DNA of 57,842 nt from Salpingoeca rosetta (Eukaryota; Protista; Choanoflagellata), in the NCBI GenBank assembly GCA_033442325.1, contig JAWQFM010000025.1:716397-774238 (forward strand), read 5' to 3'. A model generated the notes under the pieces. That model ran no database searches and was not told where the DNA came from. It was given only the letters and a program-made list of their open reading frames with translations. The translations under genes and the position numbers were made by a program. Position 1 is the stretch's first letter, and every line of letters begins with the position of its first letter. Shown piece by piece: positions 1 to 10,053 of this stretch.

Positions 1-2292
1 GAGTTGACGGGAATGAAATACACACTGTTTGTGCCATGGACACAGGAAGATGCAGGGCTGCAAGGCAAGACTGGCAAGAGGAAAGGTCCAAATGCTCTAG
101 AATTGCTGCTGCTTGAAGAGCAGGAAGGACGGCATGAAGAAGAGCACAACAAGACGGCCGGACAACATCCAATGACGAACGTCCACACAATGTGATGTGT
201 CAAGTGGATCGATCTGTCTCTGTCACAGGTGTCTCACGCTGGTTTGGGACAGCCGTTCTCATCGATTCACCTGCATGCTTGGATGGGATGGGACAGCGCA
301 TCCCAGCAAGTCAGCATCCTCTCGATTTCGATGTGTCACACGCAGCGACAATTTGTGAACAACTTCGAAGACGTGCCGCGTGTGACACACCTATCTTGGA
401 TGGGCGTGACAATCGCATTTCGCGTTTCGCCTGCTGCTGCAGGTGCAGCGTGCGACAGACCTGACACCTTCAAACTCCCCTTGCAGCCTGCCTTCTCTCC
501 GACAGCTGCAGGTACTCCCGTGTATCTTCTATGTTCTGTGACACACTCAACTGCTTTTGTGCTTGCGTGTGCTGCGAGATGACATGGCACATCTTCGCTG
601 ACTCATGCAATGTGACATGCCAAACAACAGCGCAAGCTATGTTCTCTTGTTTCGTTTCTTCCTTCTGCTTCGACTGCAGTACTGCTTCGTGTTTGTCCAT
701 GCTATTGCGTGACTCTTCTTTCTTCCTCCTCCCCGTATGTGCTTGTGACACCACCAAACTCCCAAACCACCAAACCACAATGGTTTCGTCGCCTGCCTTC
801 GTTTCGTTTTGCCATTTTCCATGTTGTTGTCCCCACAGCCACAACGTCTGCAGCCACCCACCACAGAGATAATTTAACCCAGAAACAAAACAACCCTGAC
901 ACAAGCACCGGCAGCCCTTCCCATCGCACCTTCGCGACAGCTGCAAACAATGTTCCTGGTTCGGCGATTTGCGAGGAGAAGGAAGAACAACACAAAGAGC
1001 AAGAAGGACAAACCAAGGAAGAGCAAGAAGGACAACACGAAGAGCAAGAACAAGCAGAGGAGGACGACGACACATGGGAGGGCTGTGCCGGGGGCACGAT
1101 GCACCGCAGCTATTGACTTTGGCACAACCAACAGCGGAGCCGCGTACAAGCTCGCACAGGCAAGCGACAACGACGTCACGGCGCTGCAGTTTCCTGGTGA
1201 AAGCAACATCAAAGTGCCGACGAGCGTTGTTGTTGAGCGACAGGCGCCGCACAACGCTGTTGGGTTTGGGCCTTCAGCGACAAGCCGATATGAGGAAGGG
1301 CTGCACGCAATCTTCCACCGCTTCAAGATGCAGCTGTACAAGAACTCCCGCGCCAAGACGCTGAAGGCGGACGTGGGCGACCTGGAGCTGCCGACGGACT
1401 TGGTGATTGCACGCTGCCTGGGGCTGCTCAAGGACATGGTGCTGCAGCAGATCAAGGACCGCAACGCACTCACGCTGAGCGCGTATGAGGTGCAGTGGGT
1501 GCTGACGGTGCCTGCCATCTGGGTGGAGTCGTCCAAGGCGCTGATGCGGCGTGCGGCATTCAAGGCCGGGCTGATTGACACGGAGACCTCTGACCGGCTG
1601 CTGCTTGCGCTTGAGCCGGAGTGTGCTGCGCTGGACTGCCACGAGACGCTTGCTGCGGACCTGCTGAAGAAAAAGACCCGCTTTGTGGTGGTGGACTGTG
1701 GCGGGGGCACTGTGGACACGGCCGCGTTTGAGGTGATGCAGCCGAAGCCGAACGTGCGGCTTGAGGCGGCGCTGCCACCGCGTGGCGGCAACTGGGGTTC
1801 CACCCGCATTGACGAGAAGTTTCTGGAGTTCCTGCGCGAGCTGCTGGACAACCCGCCGTGCCTGCGCGCAAACACGTTTGCGGTGTTTGACATGCTGACG
1901 AGCGTGTGGGAGGACCGCAAGGTGAACTTTGACGTGTCACGGCTGAGCGACCCCGACGCCAGGCTGCGCATCAACCTCAACCCTGTGCTTCAAGAGATGG
2001 ACAGGCCACCCAAGCTGGTCGATGCCGTGGCCCGGTACAACAGGAAGCACCCAGGCGCGAACCTCAAGTGCTTTGGTGCTGCAAGCCTGAAGCTGACCGC
2101 TGCGCACATGAAGACGTTCTACGACGAGGTGCTGAATGACATCAAGACGCACGTGCGTGAGCTGCTGCGCGACATGGGGCGGACGGACTATGTTGTGCTT
2201 GTTGGCGGGTTTGGGGGTAGCAGCTTTGTGCGAGATGCTGTGCGGGAGGTTGCATCGGAATCGGGTGTGCAGGTGCTGATCCCACCCCGGCC
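1..2292 (+). repeat. Segmental duplication, copy A (upstream region plus HSPA12 nucleotide-binding domain); partner is 26929..29220
   Basis: Position 1 (gagttgacgggaatg...) matches 26929 at a constant offset of 26928. ORF-track translations in 1..1400 recur identically at +26928. First mismatch seen at 1473/28401; near-identity continues to about 2292/29220. The repeat probably extends left of the window. Confidence 0.95.
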
Positions 2293-2842
2293 TTGGGCCT
2301 CCATTGTCATGGGCGCCGTCAGGTTCGGTCTTTCCCGGGCTGGCTCGTGCGACCGTCATGGTGCTGAACCTGCGCTCGTGATTGTTCGGCGATCACCTCT
2401 CACGTACGGCTTTGGCACGACCAAGAACGTCACATCGTTCAAGGCTGATCACCCTGGTGTATCGTACGATGGCCGGACTGAGTTCAATCGAGACGCAGGT
2501 CAAGATCAGGTCTTGGACGTGTTCAGTACATTTGTGAAAGTGAATGACCAAGTGCCTGTTGACCGCGAAGTCAAGCACACCGTGTACCCTCTCCGCCATT
2601 CACAGACCAGTGTGCGAGTTGACCTGGTGTCCTGTCCCCGAAGTAACGTTGTGTTTACCGATGAGCATGATGTGGAACAGCATGGCTCGTGCGTCGTCGC
2701 CGTGACGGAGCGGGGCAACCGGTCCGAGAAACCAATTGATGTGAGCATGAAGTTTGGAGAGACGGAGCTGATGATGTTCGTTCATTCGCGCACAACTGGT
2801 GCCAAGGAGCGTGTGCTACTTGACTTTGACGCCACTGCTTGA
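950..2842 (+). CDS. HSPA12-like atypical Hsp70, copy 1 (intronless, 630 aa)
   Basis: Motifs AIDFGTTNSG (phosphate-1), WVLTVPAIW, ALEPECAA, VVDCGGGTVD (phosphate-2), GGNWGS, VLVGGFGGS, IVMGAVRFG, RRSPLTYG and C-terminal MKFGETE are all typical of the HSPA12 subfamily. No helical lid or EEVD. Confidence 0.93.
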   Translation: MFLVRRFARRRKNNTKSKKDKPRKSKKDNTKSKNKQRRTTTHGRAVPGARCTAAIDFGTTNSGAAYKLAQASDNDVTALQFPGESNIKVPTSVVVERQAPHNAVGFGPSATSRYEEGLHAIFHRFKMQLYKNSRAKTLKADVGDLELPTDLVIARCLGLLKDMVLQQIKDRNALTLSAYEVQWVLTVPAIWVESSKALMRRAAFKAGLIDTETSDRLLLALEPECAALDCHETLAADLLKKKTRFVVVDCGGGTVDTAAFEVMQPKPNVRLEAALPPRGGNWGSTRIDEKFLEFLRELLDNPPCLRANTFAVFDMLTSVWEDRKVNFDVSRLSDPDARLRINLNPVLQEMDRPPKLVDAVARYNRKHPGANLKCFGAASLKLTAAHMKTFYDEVLNDIKTHVRELLRDMGRTDYVVLVGGFGGSSFVRDAVREVASESGVQVLIPPRPWASIVMGAVRFGLSRAGSCDRHGAEPALVIVRRSPLTYGFGTTKNVTSFKADHPGVSYDGRTEFNRDAGQDQVLDVFSTFVKVNDQVPVDREVKHTVYPLRHSQTSVRVDLVSCPRSNVVFTDEHDVEQHGSCVVAVTERGNRSEKPIDVSMKFGETELMMFVHSRTTGAKERVLLDFDATA

Positions 2843-3174
2843 GGTGCTCTGCTGGTATAGTGAGTGGTATGTTTCTGACTCTGCGTGCGCGTGCGTGTGT
2901 GTGCGTGCATGCGTTTGTGTGTTTCTTGGATCAGGTGCTTCTCTTTCTTCTTTCTTTTGGATTGAACTTGTTATCTTTCGTGTTGGTGTTGTTCTTTAGC
3001 TTGTGGGGTCCTGTCAGTGCTCTGCTTGCCTCGTTGCTGCATGACGAGCGACAGCCGGTTTTGACTCCAAATGAAGGCTGTAATTCAGTAATTCACCCGA
3101 CCCAAGAGACAAACGTGCTTCAGCATCTCAGCATGGTCACTGCATATCGAACGAAGCTATAGGAAAAACTCAAG

Positions 3175-3176
<2 letters not shown>

Positions 3177-3237
<61 letters not shown>

Positions 3238-3246
3238 ACACACACA

Positions 3247-3288
<42 letters not shown>

Positions 3289-3300
3289 GAAACACACATA
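3177..3300. repeat. (CA)n microsatellite, representative of dozens of (CA/GT)n tracts in the window
   Basis: Read directly from the sequence. Confidence 0.95.
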
Positions 3301-3798
3301 CATGCGCAGCTGCGGTGCGTGGTGTTGTCTTGTTGTATCTTCTTATTTTGCCGCCCTTGCCCCAAATCTTACACACCCCATCACTACTTCAGCACTAGAC
3401 TGACTTATGCTTGCGTTCTCCTTCGAAAAGGCAAACGTTTTGTGTCATATGCGACATGGTCGCACATTCAACACAGTCAATCATGACATGGGAGGCGCCG
3501 TCCCAAACCCGCAAAGCGTGACACAACATGAGTTTGACTCAGCAAGAACTGGGTGTCACGGTTGTGAGTGATTGCTGTGCATTTTCTGTTCTTGGCTCTG
3601 CAGTCACAAGAAGCCCTCCTTTGTCTGACCAACACCCGTCAACCCCGATCAGGTAGAGGGTTTCATGTTCAAAGAAGCATGTGTGTGCTCTCATCCGTGT
3701 GTATGAAGTGAATTGCTTCCTTATACTTCCCACCACCACCACCACCACCATCACCCTATCACCACCACTACCACCAGACCACCACCAAGCGCCCTCTC

Positions 3799-5157
3799 AT
3801 GCACACACACACTTCTTCTTCTTCTTCTCTGTCATCTGGACAACAGGACGAAATGGAACCGAAGAGCACGCCGCTGTGTGGCGTGCGGTTGAACCAAGGC
3901 ACTGGCCTTGGGCCGCGTTGGAGCATGCAAAGCACCCAGGCTGGGCCCATCGATGTGCCACAAGTGATGATTCTGGACAGCTTGCAAGAACACGTCGGTG
4001 CAGGGTCCACGGCACTGAGTGCAACGCTGAGGTGCGCCTTCACGGACGCTTCCCTGCTGTGCAGCAGTCGTGAGCTGTTTGACAGCCGCTCTCCCCGGTT
4101 CACGCACAAAACTGGGCACATCTGGAACATGGACACGCCCTGGGAGAGGTCCGAGATTGAGATGCTCAAGTACGTTGAATGGTATGCAAAACACATGCTG
4201 TACCGTCTTGACGTCCTACAAGAGGAGCTCCGCGCCGCCGAAGATACGCGCAAACTCGCCAGCACGAGGTCGCAAGGCATTCGCCTGAGCAGCGAGTTTC
4301 CCACGCCCTACGAGCTTGCGCGCAAGTACACGTCTTGCATTGAGATGCAAGGTAAGGTGCTGGAAGAGCTGCTACAAGGAGAGCTGCAGCCAGCCGCACT
4401 CCTGTTAGAGATTGAGCACGTGTATGCCCGTGTCGAAGAAGAGGTCGAAATGAAGTGCCAAGAGCTTGCAGCCATTTCCTGCGTTGAGCCAGACGACCCG
4501 CGCCTGCGATACAGCTTGCAAAACACCTTTCCCCGATGGGTACCGCCTGGGCTCACGATGGACGATGACGCGTTCGGGACAGCCACGCCCGGACTGAGGA
4601 AGATGCGACAGGGCTTGGTTCCCATCTTCGTCGCTTGTGCGATCACTGAGCCTCCCATCAAAGTCAGCCTGGTGCCCCAGGACGCCAAGGACATTGACAA
4701 GAATCAGTTCCTGGACATGCTGCCGCAGAAGAACGCAACTGGCGACGTGGTACTTGCACTGCCTGCGCTTGTGTGGAACGACGGACAAAACGACGTCATC
4801 CTGGCCAAGGCGAAGTACTTGTGGGAGCCAACACGCAGCAAGGGTGACATGGAGACAGCCGCCAGTGAACCCTGCACGCCCACGGCAGAAGCTACAGCAG
4901 TGCCCACAGCAGCGTCCATGAAAAGGGCACAGTCCAGCAGCGTTCAACCGTCCAAGAGCAGTGACTCGTTTGAGCTCGGCTCGTGCATTGACATCAATGT
5001 TGACGAGGACTGTGACAATGAGGCTGAGATTGAGGAGACTGGCTTCAACCACAGGCAACCACAGGTCATCCGCAGTCAGCCTCAACGCTCTTCATGGGAG
5101 AAGTACCCTTTTGCTTCTCGCTCACGTACGTATGATGTCGCGCATCACCGGCATTGA
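3799..5157 (+). CDS. Uncharacterised protein with MIEAP-C-like (GrpE-head-like) domain, subtype B, copy B1; true start may be the ATG at 3853
   Basis: 452-aa intronless ORF and clear paralogue of 15327..16802 (QGIRLxSxFPTPYELARKYTSCIEMQ). The pattern IFVACAITEPPI...LALPALVW...VILAKA resembles MIEAP C-terminal domains (..EPPLDI..VWPAL..VIMKG) as recalled; not HMM-verified. Confidence 0.75.
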   Translation: MHTHTSSSSSLSSGQQDEMEPKSTPLCGVRLNQGTGLGPRWSMQSTQAGPIDVPQVMILDSLQEHVGAGSTALSATLRCAFTDASLLCSSRELFDSRSPRFTHKTGHIWNMDTPWERSEIEMLKYVEWYAKHMLYRLDVLQEELRAAEDTRKLASTRSQGIRLSSEFPTPYELARKYTSCIEMQGKVLEELLQGELQPAALLLEIEHVYARVEEEVEMKCQELAAISCVEPDDPRLRYSLQNTFPRWVPPGLTMDDDAFGTATPGLRKMRQGLVPIFVACAITEPPIKVSLVPQDAKDIDKNQFLDMLPQKNATGDVVLALPALVWNDGQNDVILAKAKYLWEPTRSKGDMETAASEPCTPTAEATAVPTAASMKRAQSSSVQPSKSSDSFELGSCIDINVDEDCDNEAEIEETGFNHRQPQVIRSQPQRSSWEKYPFASRSRTYDVAHHRH

Positions 5158-5748
5158 GTTTGTGTCTGTTTGTTTGTTTGTTTGTTTGTTTGTTTGTATG
5201 TGTCTGTGCGCGCGCATGTGCTTGTGTCTGTATGTGTGGCTGTTTGTGTCTGTTTGTGTGCATGCGTGTGTGTGACGGAGCTGTGCGACGACGACGTAAC
5301 AGTTTGTGTGTGCGTGTCCTTTCAGTTGTGGTGTCATGCAGCAACCCCATGCGCGCTGTTGTTTACGAATGAACAATCATGAAGAAAAGACACAAAGGTG
5401 ACACAGGCTACATGAAAGAGGCATATGGAGGTCAAAGCACAGGGATGAAAGGCATGCGGAGATAGGAGTGGAAGTGAAATGAAAAGAATGCACGCATTGA
5501 TGACCCAAGGTGCTGTAACACTGTAGCGGCGAGAGCAAGCGCAAGGTGACAAAAGGAGAGCTGCAGCAAACCACAGGCTTGGCGAAGCACTTCGCTCCTT
5601 CAGGTTTGAAACGGAGCAAGTCTGATCCATGACAAGACTGCAATGTGAATGGGCGTGACTCGACCGACCTATGCCTATCCATCACCCAGCCCCACAGCCA
5701 ACGACTACGACAGACAACCAACCGACAAACCAATGTGCATGTGCGCCA

Positions 5749-7586
5749 TCACTCCTGTTGGGGCACCTGCGGTTCGGAAAGCTTCTTCAGCAGCGTTAGG
5801 GCCTCTTCCATCTTCGCCTGCACGTCAGCCATCTGCTCCTCCACCTTCCGCTCCACCCCTGACACTCGATTGTCCACGCCTGCCACCTCCTTCTTCAACG
5901 CGTGCAGCACGCCTTGCCACTGCACACCACCGGAGCCAGCACCACCCTTGGGCACGAGCACGTGCAGCCACTTTGGAAACAGCTTGGGGTTGCGCTTTTC
6001 CTTCTTGGTCATGAACTTCTCCTGCTCATGCAAGATGCGTGCGCGCAGCAGCTGGAACTCGATGTCTGCGCGGTCCTGGATGCGCTCGTACGAGTCTGAC
6101 ATGAGCGCAATCAGAAGGTTCAGCAGCACAACGGGGACCAGCACCATGGAGATGACAAACAGGATGCGCAGCAGCACCACGTAGTCGCCGTCAAAGGTGG
6201 CTAGGTCAAAGTCCGCCAGCAGCAGCATGTTGAACATGAGCAGCAGCCCGTTGGCCGGGTCGCCCAGCTCTTCCACCGGCAGCGCAGAATCATCACGCAG
6301 CAACAACCGGAACGACGTCCACGCGGCCACGATGCTGATGCCAAGCACCAATAGGAAGTAGCGCATGTCATAGCAGATCACGAGGATCATGCGCACCAGC
6401 GGGCCAGTCGACTGGAACGGCTGCAGGTAGTACAGCAGACGGTACCACCGAAGATACACCGCAAGCGCTAAGAACGCGCGCGCGTGCACCCACCCAGCAA
6501 AGTACGTGCCAACCACAACGAAGATGAGCGAAATGCTGGCCAGGTCCATCCAGTTCCACACGTAGAACAGGTAGTTGTTGATTGCCACGACTTGGCGCAC
6601 TTCCTGCACCAGGTCATGAAAGGCCATCCCAGCGAGAAGAGCCACAATGACGACGGAGGAAATGTCGCTGGCGTTGGCGCTGCTGTTGTCGGCTGCACCC
6701 AAGAGCTGGACCAAGTCCTTGCCGCTGGCGTTGAAGACGAAGGTGAGCACGGTGATGAGCACCAGGGACAGCATGTACCACGCCGCCTCCCACAGAAACC
6801 TGCGCTGTCCAAACGTCTCCCACTTGAACTGAACAACGGCCCGCACGATGCGGCTACCAAAGAGCTCCGCTTTTCCCTTGTCTGCGAGGGCCCTGAGGAA
6901 GCTCGTCTCTTCCTTCCCAGGCAAAAAAGCCGCGGCATACGGGATGGGCACGATGCACGCCTCTGTCAGCGTCGGCGTTGCGCCTGCATCCTCAAGCTTG
7001 TGCAACACCTTCCCCTCACGCAGGCGCTTCCACAGGAAAAACTCGCCATACCCGCGCTCGTGGCCCACCACAATCATTTGCGATTCCGGCAGGCGGGTCT
7101 GCTGGTGGTCATAGTGGTGGTCGGTGTGCAGGGGCACAAGGCCCAGGCTGTCAAGGAGCTCCGCTGCTTGGTCTGGAAACCCCGCAATGAGGGCAATGAG
7201 GTCTTCCGTGAAACTTGTGTTGAGACCACGCACGTCCAGGAACCAGTGGTGCGCGTGGTGTCTGCGCTTGCATGCGTCTGCGTGCACGGCTCTGCTGATG
7301 ATGCTAGTGACGTGGCTGACCATGCGGCTGTCCTTTGAACATGTGATGGCCGTTCGCAGCATCGAGGGCTGTGTGAGAAGATCCAGTGAGCCAGGCTGCA
7401 CGGCCTCAAAAGCAGCTTGCAAATCTGCTGCACCATCACTCAGGGAAGCCAACCAGGCCACCAGCGGCAGGTAGTCGCTGCTGTCGTTGTCATTGTGGTT
7501 GTTGCTGTTGCTGGTGCTGGTGCTGGTGCTGGTGAGGTTGCTGCTGTTGCTGTGGTTGTGGTTGCTGCTGCTGCTGCTGCTGCTGC

Positions 7587-7622
<36 letters not shown>

Positions 7623-7623
7623 G

Positions 7624-7656
<33 letters not shown>

Positions 7657-7990
7657 CCGAAGCTCCTGTGTTGTCGCTGAATTGACAGGTACGAGCGTCT
7701 GCAGCCACTCAGCCGGGGCACCCCTCAGCATCGCTTCCCTCAGATCGCGGTCGCGAAGTGCACTGCCGACGCAGGGGTCATGGCAGGGTACGCGACGATG
7801 ATCGATGGCAGGGCCGACTGGCACAACCACAAGCGCGCGAATGTCGGAAAGCCACTGTTCCAAAAGCACGCGGTTGTTGCTGTCCACAACAAGCAAGTCG
7901 GGCAGGCCGCGAGCAATGACCACGGTGGGCTGGTGTTGCTCTGACGGTTGCATGGGAGCGGAGTACGGGGGTGACTCGTCAGCCGCTGCA
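5749..7990 (-). CDS. TRP-family cation channel (6-TM) region; probable 3' part of a WD40-TRP gene spanning 5749..10053
   Basis: Pre-S1 VRAVVQFKW, S3 VWNWMDL, S4-S5 LRWYRLLYYLQPFQSTGPLVRMI..DMRYFL, S6 LLNLLIALMSDSYERI, TRP-box-like EFQLLRARIL, C-terminal coiled coil. Confidence 0.88.
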
Positions 7991-9424
7991 TGTACGCGCC
8001 CTCCCATCGCACAAGGGCGGCCAGGCACTCAGCTTTGGGAAAGAAGGTGATGCAATCCAAGGCGCTGGGGGTATCGATGCGCAGCGTGGTACATGGGGTG
8101 TCCGTGGACGAGTGGTTCGTCTGGCACAGCACCTGCGCCAATGTGTAGATCTTCACGGTGCCCTTCTCTCCGCCAACTGCCACGAGCTCATCGCTCGCTT
8201 TCACCGCCATGCACGTCGCGACCTTCAGTTCCGTGGCAAACGTGGCGACACATGTGACTGGAACCTCGCTGCTGGAACAGTGAGCCTCCTGTTGGCTCGG
8301 GCTCTGCTGGCAACCGGGCTGTGCGGCTGTTGCTTGCTGCCCCAGAGCCTGACGGAAGCGTTGTGCCTCCTCTCCAATTGCCCAGACACGGAGCGAGCCA
8401 TCCCCCGTGCATGCGGCAACCCGAGGTGCCCCTGGCAGGGCAGCCATGGCAACGAAGCTTGGCGAGTCTGGGCTCTGCAAAGGAGCAACGATGGCAATGC
8501 ACGTTGGAGCGGCTCTGTTGGAAATGTCCCACAAGCGCATCTCGCCCCGCCGTGTGCCAGACGCCAGGTATCGGCCATCGTAGGTGATGGTGAGGTGCTC
8601 AACGTCTCGCGTGTGCCCTTGCAGCACAGCGTCCTCACTCAAATCGTTGTCGAGCCGAAGAACGTGGATGCTGTGCTTGTTCGAGACGGCCACATGCGAA
8701 TCATCGCGCGTCACGGCAAACACAGACTCCAGGTTGCCGGGCAGTTCTGTGCGCGCCAGAAGTGCGGACGTGTGCACGTCAAACACCAAGACGCAGCACA
8801 GCTGCCGAACAACGGCACGCTGCTCATCATGTGTTAAGCACAACGCGCCACAATCTGAGCCATTCCAGACCACGCGGGGTCGCTCGGCCTCCTGCACCCC
8901 CTGAGCAGCGAATGTCAACAGCGTCTGTCCGCTCATGCCGATGAGATGCTTGCTGCCAGGCAGCCACGCACACGCTCCGTGGCATGCAAGCTGCTTCACG
9001 CACTCGAAGCGTGCCAGGTCCCACAGGTAGGTGGCGTTGGGGTGCCTCGACACGAGGAAGCGGCCGTCGGGGCTTGGGAGAACCGTCGCCCCGCTGGCAA
9101 TGTCGGTGTTCTCGTACCCTTGAACAAACGGCGGGTTTACTGCGGCAAGGGTGGCTTCGCACTCTTGGCGGTCTGTGTCCCAGAGTTTGAGCGTGCCATC
9201 CTTGCTTGCCGTGCACACCCATTGCGCGCGGCCCGGGGACGAGGTTCGGACCTCGCGCAGTGCAGTGATGACGTCCGTGTGGCCCTGGAGGTCTGCCAGC
9301 TCTGTCATGGACGCGAGGTCGTGAAGGCGGACGAGATGTCCCTCGCCAACGGGCTTGCTGAGGTCCTTGATGCCGAGAGCAAGAATGCGACCGTCACAGG
9401 TGGTGGCAATGGCGTTGATGTAGT
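7925..9424 (-). CDS. WD40-repeat beta-propeller region; middle part of the WD40-TRP gene
   Basis: LQGHTDVITAL..TASKDGTLKLWD; LQGHTRDVEHLTITYDGRYLASG..MRLWD; DGSLRVW. The frame stays open upstream of the listed ATG (DYINAIATTCDGRILALG...) to about 9424. Confidence 0.8.
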
Positions 9425-10053
9425 CTCTTGCCCTTCAGCACGCGCCATGCATTGGCTTGGGTGTGCGGCAGGGACCACGCAAAGACAAAGTCCGTGTTGC
9501 CAAACGCGATCACTCGATCCATGGAAGGTGTCATCACGGCCTGTGTCAGGTGAAAGGCATCACCAAGCTCCTTGTCCACACGTGCATTGGCCGGCAGAAC
9601 CGCTTGCAGAAGAACAGGCCTTTGTGAAGCAATGCCTTGCTCCGCCAAGGGATTCCACACAGCAACTGCTGTGTCGAAGACCTGGAGCAGACGCCGACAG
9701 TTGGTGTCAGGGGAGAACGCCAGATCGATGCACTCCTCCAAGTCGGCAGAAAGGTGTTCCACCTTCCCAGTACCGAGCCACACACGTCGCAGGTTGGGGT
9801 GATACCTGGTTCCATTGCTCCTCGCTTTCAGCGGGTTGAAGGTGTAGCAGTACACAAACTCAGCGTGCGCTGGCACCACGATGCGGTCCACACGCTCGCG
9901 ACTGCCACTGTCCTGATCAAGCTCAACATGCACGTTTCGATCGAAACGTGCAGCACTTGCAGCGTGAGCGCGGGGGAGCTGAACGGGTGCCTTGCTTTTG
10001 TTGTCCGGACATGCAGCACATTCGCCTCTCTTGGGCAGTTCCTTGAACGCCAT
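9394..10053 (-). CDS. N-terminal WD40-like region of the WD40-TRP gene (ATG 10053, MAFKELPK...)
   Basis: WD-like segments CIDLAFSPD..VAVWN and VMTPSMDRVIAFGNTDFVFAW..WRVLKG. The latter continues as DYINAIA in the next frame. Confidence 0.6.
   Translation of the reverse strand: MAFKELPKRGECAACPDNKSKAPVQLPRAHAASAARFDRNVHVELDQDSGSRERVDRIVVPAHAEFVYCYTFNPLKARSNGTRYHPNLRRVWLGTGKVEHLSADLEECIDLAFSPDTNCRRLLQVFDTAVAVWNPLAEQGIASQRPVLLQAVLPANARVDKELGDAFHLTQAVMTPSMDRVIAFGNTDFVFAWSLPHTQANAWRVLKGKRLHQRHCHHL

Noticed and set aside
874-1980. Long antisense ORFs over the HSPA12 genes (also 13288..13980 and 27802..28908) and over other CDSs
   Set aside because: These are shadow frames of GC-rich, codon-biased coding sequence with no recognisable motifs; they recur only because the genes are duplicated
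2355-2737. Diversity-generating retroelement as the source of the variable Hsp70 C-terminal domain
   Set aside because: No reverse transcriptase or template repeat was seen, and the differences are not confined to adenines
5447-5462. Short match aaggcatgcgga shared with ~15297-15308 downstream of B1 and B2
   Set aside because: Only ~12 bp, and in the wrong relative orientation for homologous 3' UTRs; probably chance
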